From the IMG/VR virus record IMGVR_UViG_3300044797_000113, positions 1 through 62,517 of that record: DNA of 62,517 nucleotides; one strand, given 5' to 3'. Position 1 is the first letter of the stretch. Each line of letters starts with the position of its first letter. Shown here piece by piece: positions 35,786 through 46,600 of this stretch. The translations under genes and the position numbers were made by a program. Below the pieces are notes generated by a model, which saw only the letters and a list, made by a program, of their open reading frames with translations, searched no databases and was not told the origin of the DNA. The stretch is from a virus (lineage: Duplodnaviria > Caudoviricetes).

Positions 35786-36465
35786 TGAGCTGCCCGGCCT
35801 CGAATCCGTGCTTGCCCGAAGGACCGGTCGGAACGTGCCAAGCTCCGCAGTGTTGCCCGCCGATTCTGAACGGGACTACGGCCGCTTCAGGGTTCATCGA
35901 ATTGCCGACCGGAGGCGTTGGAGGCACCGTCACCTTTCCTTCACCGATCGTTCCTGCTCCATCCCTGATTTTCCCTTGGGTTGTGAGTTCTGGTCCGGCC
36001 GGTTCCGTGATACTGGCCTGTGTCCTTGCAGGAACGATCAATGAAACCGGGTTCCAGTACGCTTTGAGCGGTCCCCCTCCTGACGGGAATCACCTGCTGT
36101 ACTACATGGTTAATCCGGCCACTACGGTTGCGGCTGGTCCGCAGGGGATTCCTGGCCCGGTCGGTCCGCAGGGCCCCCAGGGCGTTCCCGGGCCAAGCGT
36201 TACGGGCCCAATCGGACCGCAGGGTCCTGCTGGCCCGACTGGGTCCCAAGGGGCCCAAGGGCCGGCCGGGAATTATACGACCGGGACGATAATTCGGCTG
36301 ACCCCCTACACGGTGGACGCGCTTCCCGCAGCGGCTACGGCTGGGGCCGGGTCCGTTGCCTGTGTCTCGGACGCTACGGTCACAACTCCTTACACGACAG
36401 TAGCCGGCGGAGGATCGAACGTCGTCGTCGTTCTCAGCAACGCATCGAATTGGGTGATCATCTAA
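35785..36465 (+). CDS. Collagen-like fibre protein, paralogous N-terminal half to 33883..35193
   Basis: [21 protein letters not shown] versus [21 protein letters not shown]; G-X-Y repeats. Confidence 0.75.
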   Translation: MSCPASNPCLPEGPVGTCQAPQCCPPILNGTTAASGFIELPTGGVGGTVTFPSPIVPAPSLIFPWVVSSGPAGSVILACVLAGTINETGFQYALSGPPPDGNHLLYYMVNPATTVAAGPQGIPGPVGPQGPQGVPGPSVTGPIGPQGPAGPTGSQGAQGPAGNYTTGTIIRLTPYTVDALPAAATAGAGSVACVSDATVTTPYTTVAGGGSNVVVVLSNASNWVII

Positions 36466-36478
36466 GGAACATCGAACC

Positions 36479-36901
36479 ATGGATACTGAAAACGAATACG
36501 ATAAATACTTCCCCACGCATGTGGATTTGGGGACCCAGCAGCCCGATTACGGTTCGCCCACGGTCGAATCTCCTCTGAAGTCTGCCAAGAAGAAAACCGT
36601 CTACCCGACGCTATACATTTCCGATGCCCCGGATGAATTGGCGAAGCTCCCAAAGACGGGTTGCGCACTGATCGAGTTTGACCGGCGCAGCATCAAGATT
36701 GGGAAGTCGACCGATGCCGACGGCAAGGAAACCCAGACCGTCACGGTGGAACTCGACATCAAGCGCATCTGCCTGCCAGAAGGCGAGTCCGGCGACCTGG
36801 CCTCGGACTTCGCGAAATTCGCCGCGAAGGCTGGTCGCAAGGATGCTCCGGCTGGTAACGCAGAACCCGAGGACGAACCCGAGGAGAAAGAGGAGTCCTG
36901 A
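36479..36901 (+). CDS. Acidic hypothetical protein
   Basis: Clean ORF within the operon. Confidence 0.65.
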   Translation: MDTENEYDKYFPTHVDLGTQQPDYGSPTVESPLKSAKKKTVYPTLYISDAPDELAKLPKTGCALIEFDRRSIKIGKSTDADGKETQTVTVELDIKRICLPEGESGDLASDFAKFAAKAGRKDAPAGNAEPEDEPEEKEES

Positions 36902-36904
36902 CGC

Positions 36905-37927
36905 ATGTCTCTAGTTACTCTAGGCCGCGTCATTTTTGGCTCACAGTCAAACGACTGTTTGGGCATCAGCGCGTCCACGCCGTTTGGCCGCCAGCAGATT
37001 ATTTCGTACATCGAGCGCGCGATCGAGCTCGCCGCCGCAGAGGCAAATTGGCTGATCGAGATTGGCACACTGGACATGTGCTGCGACGCGCTTGGAGTCG
37101 TGACGCTGCCATATTTTGTGGGCACAGTCCTGGCGATCAACGTCAACGGGCTACCGACGTATTACAGAAACTCATGGTACGAGTTTCATATCAACGGACT
37201 TGGAGACAGGCGGAGAAACCAAGGTCAAGGCGGGGGCTGCGGCCAGGGATGCGGATGGTACTCCGACGACCTGCTGTGGACTCCGACGATCCGGGACCTG
37301 ACCGAATACAGCATGGTCGTGGCGGTGTGCGAGGATCCCGTCGATGGAAACTCCGGACTGAATCTCATTGTTCAAGGCGAGACGATGGACAAGTACGGGA
37401 ACCAGAAGGAGGCGTTGACGATTCCTGCGACCGGTCCTTCGCAGCCCGGGGTCATCATTCCCCTGATCAACAATTACGCGTCGACCGATCAGGCGTTCAC
37501 AATGTTCAAAAAGATCACGCAGGTAACGAAGCCAGTGACCCGCGGGTATGTGAAACTCCTCGGAATCAATCCTGCGACAAATCAGCCGGGCGTGGTTCTC
37601 GGGTACTACGCTCCCAACGAGTGCAATCCGAGGTATCGCCGAATCCGCGTGCAGAACAAGTGCGCCAACGTCCGTGTGAGGTATCGGCGCGCGGAAGTTC
37701 CGTATCAATGGGACTACGAAATTCTTCCCATCGCTTCCTACCAAGCCATTTTGGATATGCTGCGCGTGGTCCGTTACAGGGAAGTGAACCGCGGAGACGA
37801 TGCCGACAAGATGATGGCACGGGTCGTTGACCTGCTCACGAAGATCGAGGCGATCGAGCAGGGTCCGGCCGTTGCTCCGTTGCAGGTCGATCCTTCTTTC
37901 GGTGTGGGCACAATCGATCCTCGCTGA
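36905..37927 (+). CDS. Probable head-tail adaptor / tail tubular protein A-like
   Basis: Position, size and helical N- and C-termini. Confidence 0.55.
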   Translation: MSLVTLGRVIFGSQSNDCLGISASTPFGRQQIISYIERAIELAAAEANWLIEIGTLDMCCDALGVVTLPYFVGTVLAINVNGLPTYYRNSWYEFHINGLGDRRRNQGQGGGCGQGCGWYSDDLLWTPTIRDLTEYSMVVAVCEDPVDGNSGLNLIVQGETMDKYGNQKEALTIPATGPSQPGVIIPLINNYASTDQAFTMFKKITQVTKPVTRGYVKLLGINPATNQPGVVLGYYAPNECNPRYRRIRVQNKCANVRVRYRRAEVPYQWDYEILPIASYQAILDMLRVVRYREVNRGDDADKMMARVVDLLTKIEAIEQGPAVAPLQVDPSFGVGTIDPR

Positions 37928-37929
37928 CC

Positions 37930-40002
37930 ATGGCCCAAGCAACTCCAACCAAGCGCATCAATCTGGACGGCGGGACCGACCAGGGAAAGATCGTCGGATT
38001 CGTCGACGGCGTGGACTCGTATAGTCATCCGGCGATGGTCAAACCCACTCAGGCTCGCTGGCTGGAGAACGCTGTAACGCGCGGGGCCATCGTTCAGGTT
38101 CGGCCTGGATACGATCAGCGTTTTGAGTTCGACCTGACCGAAGGAACGCCGTTCTACCTTTGGTGGGTTTCGGTCGGGAGGCCGATCATTCACCCGCAGA
38201 TGTTTCAGAAGTTCCAGCCGAACGGAGGTCGCCCTCAGGTCGTTTTTTCAATCAGCGGCTCGCTCTGGTTTGCTGAGGTGTATTATGACGGGTCTTTCTC
38301 TGACCCTGTTCTGATTTCGTCGAACCTGTTCTCGCCAAACACGGACCAGATTTGCGGATGCCCCTGTGTTCAAACCGGGTCCATTGCCGGGGCAGGAGTG
38401 TACGTGAACAACATCCAGCCAAGGAACATCCTGGTGATTCAGGACGGCGTGAACCGCGCTGCTATTTGGGACGGCAACGGGCTTCAGGTGATGAACCCAG
38501 GAAAGCTCGTCACCGTGGATTCAACCGGTAATACGCTGTTCCCAGTAGGGTACAACGAGACGATCATCGGCCAGTGGATGGCTTGGTCCGGCAATCGGCT
38601 TTGGGTCGGCAATGGTCCGATCGGCCGAGCTTCCGACTTGGGGGATCCTACCCACTTTACGGAGGAAATGAACACGTCGTCCGGCGGGGCGTGGGTGTTT
38701 CCTCAGGACATTACGGGGATGATCGATAGGGGCATCAGCGGGACGATCAACTCGGCATTGTTTGTGTTCACCCGTGATACGACGTGGGCCATGGCAACCG
38801 GGGTCCTGCAACGGCTGGAGAACTCGTCCGGCGCCGGAGGCTGGGCGCAGACGCCAGACTTCCAGACTCAGATGTTTTCCGGCGTTGGTTGTGTCGCAGG
38901 CAAGTCCCCGATCGTTCACCGCGGGCTTTTGTACTGGATGTCGCAGGACGGAATAGTGGTTTTCGATTCCAGCGGGACGGTGTTTTCCACGCAGAATCTT
39001 CCGCCGATCGATCAGGAAATGTCCTACTCGAAGTGCAGGATGTCGCCGAATATGACCGGGGCTTGTTCCGGGTATCGGGACTCCTATGTGTTTTGGGGCG
39101 TTCCCGTAGGATCGGTGACAAACGGGAGGGCGTACAATGGCCATCTTCAGGTTTTGGACCGACAGACTACGGTCGTGCATACCCTAGGGCTGAACGGCCC
39201 ATACACCTATGGGACCATCGGATGGCAGGGCGTCTGGACGGGGATTCGTCCGATCGAGTGGCAGACGTTCGACGTTTCCGGGACGATTCGACCCTACGCC
39301 ATGTCCATGGACCAAGACGGGGTCGTTAGAATTTGGGAAGCGTTCCAGGGGAACCGTTCGGACAACGGACAACCGATTCCTTGGTCATTTGAAACCCGGC
39401 GCCACCCGGCTGCCGCGACGATGTTTGAAACCTCAGTATTCAAGTTCGCCCGGGTCATCCTCGAGCAGATGCTTGGGAATGTATCGGTCACGATCTCGTA
39501 CAAGGGTATGCGCGGGATATACAAACAGATTTTCTCAGGCACGTACACGGCTACGCCGGGATCGGTTCTTGCGGGGATGGCTCCGTGGAATACCGGGGAC
39601 AATTCCACTCCAGGCGAGAGTTTCACGGTACAGACCCGAGATGTTTCTACCCCTCAGGATCTCGGCCCCCAGGACGGTTGCTCGTCCGGCGGCGTTGAAT
39701 CTCCGTGGGAGGACTCGCGGGACCATGCGTTCAATCTTCTGATTCGGGTGACGGGGCGCGCGGCATTGGTTGGATACCGCATGGCAGTCGACGAGAGCCA
39801 GGCTGATATGAACGAGGGGGACGGAGCCCCTGTGGCCGAAACCGGGTTCCATATCCTTCCGGAGAACGACTGCCCGCAGATTTTATCAGTCGGAACGACT
39901 CCGCCGGCCTACGTCGCCGCTACATCCTTGCAACGTAACGCGTTCGTGCCATACGTCGCTGACTATCCAGACGCCGTGCTGTACCAAGCCCCAACCCTAT
40001 GA
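37930..40002 (+). CDS. Probable tail tubular protein B / P22 gp10-like nozzle
   Basis: 690-aa beta-propeller-like sequence (WSGNRLWV, ASDLGDP, GVGCVA...LYWMSQDG). Confidence 0.65.
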   Translation: MAQATPTKRINLDGGTDQGKIVGFVDGVDSYSHPAMVKPTQARWLENAVTRGAIVQVRPGYDQRFEFDLTEGTPFYLWWVSVGRPIIHPQMFQKFQPNGGRPQVVFSISGSLWFAEVYYDGSFSDPVLISSNLFSPNTDQICGCPCVQTGSIAGAGVYVNNIQPRNILVIQDGVNRAAIWDGNGLQVMNPGKLVTVDSTGNTLFPVGYNETIIGQWMAWSGNRLWVGNGPIGRASDLGDPTHFTEEMNTSSGGAWVFPQDITGMIDRGISGTINSALFVFTRDTTWAMATGVLQRLENSSGAGGWAQTPDFQTQMFSGVGCVAGKSPIVHRGLLYWMSQDGIVVFDSSGTVFSTQNLPPIDQEMSYSKCRMSPNMTGACSGYRDSYVFWGVPVGSVTNGRAYNGHLQVLDRQTTVVHTLGLNGPYTYGTIGWQGVWTGIRPIEWQTFDVSGTIRPYAMSMDQDGVVRIWEAFQGNRSDNGQPIPWSFETRRHPAAATMFETSVFKFARVILEQMLGNVSVTISYKGMRGIYKQIFSGTYTATPGSVLAGMAPWNTGDNSTPGESFTVQTRDVSTPQDLGPQDGCSSGGVESPWEDSRDHAFNLLIRVTGRAALVGYRMAVDESQADMNEGDGAPVAETGFHILPENDCPQILSVGTTPPAYVAATSLQRNAFVPYVADYPDAVLYQAPTL

Positions 40003-40715
40003 GCCAAACCGTTCCAATCGTTCTTGTTTGGAGTCCCGTAGGAACCGGGGTGTCGTACACGGACATCAACTCTTTGGGAGGAATTATCGCCGCTCAGTTG
40101 GCGGCGAATATCGAGGCCAACGTGACGTTCTGTTGGGTGGGACCGTCCACTCCTTCCTCGTTTGAAACCAACCTGATTTTCAACACCTCGGAGGGCGTAT
40201 GGTTGTATTGGGATTCCGCTGGCAGTGGTCGGTATATCCCTGTCACTCAGTTCAATGTCGGCGACATCAAGTGGACTTTCAACGCAGGGGACGCACCGAC
40301 CCAGGGATGGATCGTTTGCGACGGTCGACTGATCACGGCGATTCCGAATCTGTCTCAGTATCAGGTTGCGGCGCTGGAAACGCTGTTCGGTACAGGAGGA
40401 TCCCTGCCAACGGTTTCTCCAGTTCAATCGCTCGCCGGGCTGCCGCCGACGCAGTCGTTTGCTTCAATCAAGAACCCTTCGATACTGCCGTCTACGGGTA
40501 CGTTTTCCGGGCTCACGATTAACAATCCCCCGGCGCAGGCCGACGTGCAGGCTGTGGCAACCAACTCGGAGACCCTGGACGTTTCCGTACAGGGCCTGCA
40601 GCAGGCGTTGGCCCAGGTGATTCAACAGTCGGAAAACATGCTGGACTCCCTGCAGAACTCGGGGTCGACGACAGCGCCGACGATGTATGCTCAGGTTTTC
40701 TGCGGATTCCCGTGA
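39999..40715 (+). CDS. Tail collar-domain / needle-like protein
   Basis: GDIKW...PTQGWIVCDG tail-collar motif; C-terminal coiled coil. Confidence 0.6.
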   Translation: MSQTVPIVLVWSPVGTGVSYTDINSLGGIIAAQLAANIEANVTFCWVGPSTPSSFETNLIFNTSEGVWLYWDSAGSGRYIPVTQFNVGDIKWTFNAGDAPTQGWIVCDGRLITAIPNLSQYQVAALETLFGTGGSLPTVSPVQSLAGLPPTQSFASIKNPSILPSTGTFSGLTINNPPAQADVQAVATNSETLDVSVQGLQQALAQVIQQSENMLDSLQNSGSTTAPTMYAQVFCGFP

Positions 40716-41575
40716 CAATGATACACGTCCCGGAAATTGCCGGCCTACCCGACCTGGACTCCATCGAGTCCAGAATGCTTCGTCATCCAGCCGCCGACAT
40801 AGGCGGCAAGGTACTCTGTCAACTATCGCATCATTTTGGACCCCATGTGTACGTCAGAAAATTGAATCGTCCTGCGGACTGCTATATCCTCGGTCACGCC
40901 CACAAGACGGAGCATTTGAATGTCCTGATCTCCGGAAGGCTATCGGTCATCATGGATGGAAAACTCAGGGTGATCGAGGCTGGGACAGTGTTCCTTTCAG
41001 AAGCCGGGGTTCGAAAGCTGACCTACGCGCATGTGGAATCGACTCTTATTACGATTCACCCGACCGATGAAACCGACATCGACAAGCTGGAAGATGAACT
41101 TGTGGTGAAGTCCGGGGAGTTTCTTAGGTCCGAAGCCGGTTTGGACTTCAAACGGATGCAGGCCGAGTCTGATCGCCAGGACTACCTGGCGTTCGTCGAG
41201 GAAACCTGCATGAATCATTCTGACATTCGGGCCATCATGGAGGACGAGTCGGACATGGTGCCGCTCGCAGCGGGATCGGTTAGGTGCGGAGTGTTTCCGT
41301 CGAGCATTCACGGGCGGGGCGTGTTCGCCATGGACGACATTGGGATCGGCGAGGTTGTGGCTCCAGCTAGGATCCTAGATAAAAGAACCCCTGTAGGCCG
41401 TTACACCAATCATTCGGCATCCCCCAACGCTGAAATGTTTCCATTGGAGGACGGGGGCATAAACTTGGTTGCCATGAGGCCAATATCGAGTGGCGAAGAG
41501 GTGACGGTTAACTATCGACAAGCGAGGTCAGCAAACATTTCCGCAACTCGTAATCTGATGGAGGCAGGCACATGA
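40712..41575 (+). CDS. Cupin-like domain + SET-domain methyltransferase fusion
   Basis: HHFG..VYVR...GHAHKTEH (cupin); SSIHGRGVFA, RYTNHS..PNA and GEEVTVNY (SET). Confidence 0.85.
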   Translation: MTMIHVPEIAGLPDLDSIESRMLRHPAADIGGKVLCQLSHHFGPHVYVRKLNRPADCYILGHAHKTEHLNVLISGRLSVIMDGKLRVIEAGTVFLSEAGVRKLTYAHVESTLITIHPTDETDIDKLEDELVVKSGEFLRSEAGLDFKRMQAESDRQDYLAFVEETCMNHSDIRAIMEDESDMVPLAAGSVRCGVFPSSIHGRGVFAMDDIGIGEVVAPARILDKRTPVGRYTNHSASPNAEMFPLEDGGINLVAMRPISSGEEVTVNYRQARSANISATRNLMEAGT

Positions 41576-42342
41576 GCTTCGTTGCCGTAGCGGTTATCGG
41601 AGGCGCTGTGATCGGAGCTGGAACTTCCATCTACGAAGGCTCACAGACCCAGAAGGCCATCAAGTCAGATCAGGATCTGCTGAATAACCTGACCTACCAG
41701 CCGATCGACATTCCTTCGCTCCAAGCTGCCGCCACCCAAGCTTCGATCACGGATGCTCAAAACTCTCTCGCGCTGCAGACGGCCTTGCAGCCGAACGTCG
41801 TCAAGGCGAACAACGAGACCGCCGCGAGCATCGCCGGTCAGATTGCCCAGGGCGGGAATCTAGGCTCGGACATTTCTGATCAGGTGGAGGAGGCGGGGCG
41901 CACGGCAGGCGGAGCAACCGGAAATCTCGGGAACGCCGCACCGTACACCGCTGGGCTGATAGGGACAAATGCGCTGGCGTTGCTTCAGCAGAGGCAGAAC
42001 GCCGGGCTTGCGTTGGGGGCGGCGAACCCTGCGCCGGCAGTTGGGTTGTCCGCTCAGGACGTGGCTTCAGCAACCGAGGCCAACAGCAACGCGATCAACC
42101 AGTTTAATATCGCAAAGGCCGGCGGTCAGGCGAATTTGATCAATTCCCAGGCGCAGGCGAACTCAGCTTTGGCGGGGGGGATAGGGAGTAGTTTGACCCA
42201 AGCCGCGTCTCTACTTGCGCTGACCAATAGTTCCAAGGGTTCAGGGTCCACAACAGTTGTTAACCCAGGGGCATCTGGCACAGGTGTGTCAGGCCCAGTG
42301 CCGGCCACGACTTCGGGTTCCAATATCGGAGGATTTTCTTAA
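41572..42342 (+). CDS. Probable DNA-ejection/pilot protein
   Basis: Gly/Ala hydrophobic N-terminus MSFVAVAVIGGAVIGAG; Q/A/N-rich body. Confidence 0.65.
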   Translation: MSFVAVAVIGGAVIGAGTSIYEGSQTQKAIKSDQDLLNNLTYQPIDIPSLQAAATQASITDAQNSLALQTALQPNVVKANNETAASIAGQIAQGGNLGSDISDQVEEAGRTAGGATGNLGNAAPYTAGLIGTNALALLQQRQNAGLALGAANPAPAVGLSAQDVASATEANSNAINQFNIAKAGGQANLINSQAQANSALAGGIGSSLTQAASLLALTNSSKGSGSTTVVNPGASGTGVSGPVPATTSGSNIGGFS

Positions 42343-42343
42343 A

Positions 42344-43645
42344 ATGGCGATCAATACTGGCAGTTTGGCGAGCGCCGCCCCGGAGCAGGTCTATGCGAAG
42401 GCTCCGGACTTTCCGTCGAACCTCGGAAAGCTGGACGTTGGTGCGATTTATGATGCGGTTAAGGCGGGGGCGGCTGTACCGCAGGACATGGTTTCCGCTG
42501 CCCGATCGGGCGCTATCGCGAATGCCTTGGCCAAGCCACAGACGCAAGAAGCGCAGGCACAAGCTCAGGCAGGGACGGCGGGGGCTGAACTGCAGTCGAC
42601 TCGGGCAAACTTCCTTGCCGGACTGAATCCGTACGCTCGGGAGAATGTTCTGGCCGGCAGGGTGCCGGGATCCAAGGTAACAAAGACCACTTACGATCCG
42701 GGCACTCAATCTATTCTTTCGACCGAGACCACCGAGGTTCCCGGGGCGACTCGAGGGTCTGCGCCTCAGCCGTTCGAGACCAGCACGAACAGCACTTTCT
42801 CTCCCCGCCAGATTGAGACTTTCCGCGAGCACACGGACACGAACGGAAACATCGTGACGAACACCGGGACATGGCGCGTGCTTGACGCCACGAAGCCCGC
42901 GTTTTCGTTCAACGAGAAGACCGGGGAAATTACGCCGATTCTCGGGCCGGACGGAAATCCGGTGAACGCAACCCTGGTCGGTTCGGCTGGCACGGCTGTC
43001 CGTGGTACGTTCCCGGGGTCAGGGGTTGGCGGAGACGCTGCGCATATTGCGAATCTGCAAGAGGCGATCACGGAGCATCCGGACCTTGCTCCGACTCTTC
43101 AGCCGCTCATTGACCAGATCAAGGCAGGGATTACCGGTCAGAACGCAAAGCTGGGCGCACAGACCGATGCGCTGAAAGGAACGAACGCCAAGCCTGGAAC
43201 GCCCGAATGGGATCAGGCCAAGATCGACGATTTGACGGCGGAGATAGGTCGGGCGACGCTGGCCGGAAACACGGCCTTGGCGGCGCAGCTCACCGGAACC
43301 GTTAAGGCGTATCAGGACATTCAAAAGGCCAGGACGGAGGGCCTTACCACAAAGCTGTCCGGGAAGGTCGGCGGAGGGTCAGACCTATCCAACTACGTCC
43401 CACCGGCAAATCCGGGAGGGCAGCCCGGGGTGACTCCGGTCGCACCGGCCGCGAAGCCCGCTGGCCCGACCTTGGCACCGACGGACAAGGCGGCGTACGA
43501 CGCCCTTCCGCCCGGTTCCGCCTACTACGTCTCGGGCAATCCGAACGTGTTCTTCAAGGGGAACGCAACTCCGCCTCCTGCCGCTGCTGCCGCTGCTCCG
43601 GCCAATCCGACGCCAGACCAATCCGGAGGGCCGCAGGGCCAGTAA
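42344..43645 (+). CDS. Probable internal virion (ejection) protein
   Basis: Middle gene of the small-medium-large ejection triad. Confidence 0.6.
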   Translation: MAINTGSLASAAPEQVYAKAPDFPSNLGKLDVGAIYDAVKAGAAVPQDMVSAARSGAIANALAKPQTQEAQAQAQAGTAGAELQSTRANFLAGLNPYARENVLAGRVPGSKVTKTTYDPGTQSILSTETTEVPGATRGSAPQPFETSTNSTFSPRQIETFREHTDTNGNIVTNTGTWRVLDATKPAFSFNEKTGEITPILGPDGNPVNATLVGSAGTAVRGTFPGSGVGGDAAHIANLQEAITEHPDLAPTLQPLIDQIKAGITGQNAKLGAQTDALKGTNAKPGTPEWDQAKIDDLTAEIGRATLAGNTALAAQLTGTVKAYQDIQKARTEGLTTKLSGKVGGGSDLSNYVPPANPGGQPGVTPVAPAAKPAGPTLAPTDKAAYDALPPGSAYYVSGNPNVFFKGNATPPPAAAAAAPANPTPDQSGGPQGQ

Positions 43646-43648
43646 GAT

Positions 43649-46600
43649 ATGGCCGCAGCCCCGGCAGTCGCCCCGGAGATCCCTGGCGCGCAAGCCGGTA
43701 GCTTGCCGACAGCGACGGTCGTCGCCCCGGAGGTGACGGATAACGTGTCCCCATTCGGGGATCATGCAGCCCCGTTGGCTGCGCCGGCGGTTTCTCCGTT
43801 TGGGGATAAGGCGGTCGCGCAAGGTTCGGTCCAATCGCCGTTTGGAGACACCGCGACGGATGTCCAGATTCCAACGCTGCGCGCGATGACGTGGCGCGAG
43901 AACCTTCAGGACCGACTCCATGATTTGTGGGTGAAGGCGAATACAGGGCCGTTCGATCTTCGGCAGTCTCATAGCGACATGGTAGACATTGCGTCCCAGC
44001 TCGGGAACGTGCAGCGGGAGCTTATTAATGGGGCGCTGTCTCCGGTGAGCACGGCTATGCTGGCGACTACCGGAGGGCTTGGTCAGGCTGCAAAAGAGGG
44101 TTCCGCGGTCGCACAAGTTGCAGCGCCTCTGGCGAATAAGGCAATTTTGTCAGCGGCTACCATACCCGCGGTTCTAAGGCTGCAGACAGCTCTTGAGGGA
44201 CTGAAGGATAACACGAAGTCGGCTGGTCAAAGAGCCGCAGCTATCATCGAGCCGATGATTCCTATTATCCTTGCCGGTCTTCAGGGTGGATTCGGGGAAG
44301 CGACGCGGACTGCGGGAGCCGAACCTGTCGACGTTGCTGGCTTGAAGAACGTCACTCATTCAGTGGCGGAGACGCCGGCAATTGCCGAGGCTCCTTCCGT
44401 CTCGCCGTTTGGCGATCGTGCCGCAGAACCAGCGCCCGGTCCGGCTGCGCCGTCTGCTCCCGTCTCAGAAGCAATCGTCCCGCAGGCTCCCGGTGGCGCC
44501 GTCGAGCAACCGATCGAGGGAGGCGTCGTGAAGCCTGGTGGCGGAGGATATCCGGGCACGCCAGAACCGATTCCGCATGAAGCGCCGCCTGTAACGGTCG
44601 CGCCTCCGGTGGGGTCACCGTTTGGTGATAAGGCGGCGGAGATTCAGCCGGTTGGGCAGGCGGGCGCGGTGCCGGTCGTGGCGCAGCCTCCGCCGGGTTC
44701 AACGTCCGCGCCTCCATCTCTGCCGTTTGATGAAGTCAAAAAGCAGTACATTGACGCCTTTGCGCAATCGAACAAGTACACGCCTGATCAGGTTGGCGGC
44801 AAGGACGCGATTGACAAGATGGCGGCACTTGCTGACGCCTACCCCGACTTCATTGAACATATCGACAACGGGACGGAACCGCCGGTTCTTCCCGGCGGCG
44901 GCATTGTAGGCCCAGAAGTCATTGAGCAACCGACTGCCGAACCGCGCTCTCCGCCGGGTCCGCGCTGGACTTTGGATCCCGGGGCGATCCCTGGAGAGCC
45001 GTCGTACTTTCTGGATGTCCCCGGGGGCGGTGCTTTGGACGAAGCGAAGGCCGCAATAACCGAGCGGGAGGTTCCCGGTAAGGGGGTTCTGTTTGATGCG
45101 ACGACGGCCGGCGGAGAATCAATTGGAACGTTCTCTACGCTGGGTCAGGTCGCCAAGGCTGCGGAGGCTTCTGTTGGACACGGATTGGATGCTGAGAACC
45201 ATCCGCTGAATGTTCTTCCAAACGGGGAATGGATGGATCTACCAGCAATCGGAGGTGCGGCCGTTAGGGTACGAAGATCGAACAATAAGATTTGGGTTGA
45301 AGCGTCAAAACCACAAGGGGTTTTCGAGAGAAGGGGAATTGCATATATTCATTTTGAAAAGGATGGGACAATGACTCCTGGGATTGGGGGGGATCCAGAG
45401 CTGCAGGAAACGGCGCGAATGGCGCTTCAAGATCTTGTAGACAAAACCAGCCCGAAGGGAAATCCAATCAATGAAGGCGTGGGGGCTGCGTTAGGCTCAG
45501 GGGAACCAGAAACTCACAGCCCGCTGCCCCCCGAAGCCCCGACCGAATCCGAGGCTGCCAACGCTCCGCTTGCCGAACCAACTCCCCCCGAACCGGAGGC
45601 ACCTGGGGAGTCCGCAAAGTCCGTCCAGCAACTTCGTCAGGAGGGTTCCGCGATAACTCCGCGCGAGGCAGTCCGAACGGTTTCCCGCATTTCGGCCATC
45701 GACAAGGAAGTCGACAAGCTCCTGAACGAAAGGTCGAATCTGGCTGGCAACGACAAGCGGACGTGGGCGCGCCGGAGCGACCTGACGGACCAGGCGAACG
45801 CTCTTCTTGAAGAGCGCCTTGAGCATCAGATTCGACTTGGAGACAAGGATGCGGAGGCCGCGTTGCAGAGGTGGCACATGCGATCGGAGTCCGGGGCAAA
45901 CATGCCGTCGGCCGATGCCATTATTCTGAAGTTCCTTCAGAAGAACAAACTGCCGTCGGCCAAAGCACTCGAAATGCGGGCGGAGCGCACGGGAGGCAAG
46001 TGGTCCGGAATGTCTGGCGAACTCCGGCAGCTGGACGCTCCGAAGAAGTTCTTCATGAAGGACAAGGATGCGTTGGCTGGGGGCCTCAGCAACACCAGCC
46101 TTGAGCGTTGGAATATGAGGTTGGCGGACGAGTTGTTGGGCAACCTGGGGCCTAACCCGGACGTGGATCCGGAGACCGGGACATTGGCGGCCGGAGAAGA
46201 TGCCGGTATACAACTTGTCGGACGGGCCCTTGCGGCACAGAACTCCGGCGCTTTAGACAGGCGTCTGGGCGAGACGGCGCCGCAGTTGCCGCTCAAGGAA
46301 ACGCCGCTCTTGTCAAAGGCCCGAGAACTGCGCCGGCAGGCCGGATTTATCTACGTTCCCAATTTTGGGACTGGGCGTGTTTCGTATGCGGCACGTAGGG
46401 CGATCGGAGAACTGAACGCAGAACGCCAGAAGATCGTGAATTACTGGAAGGCAGGCGACGTCCGGCAGGCCATGGCTATGACGCGGGATGTGGCGGAAAA
46501 CAAATCCAAATTATATGCAAGGCAGAGTTCAAATGACTTCCGCGGAGACCTGGAGCGAACCTACGGAAAGGATAAGGACCTTGCTTTGGATGCGTTGACC

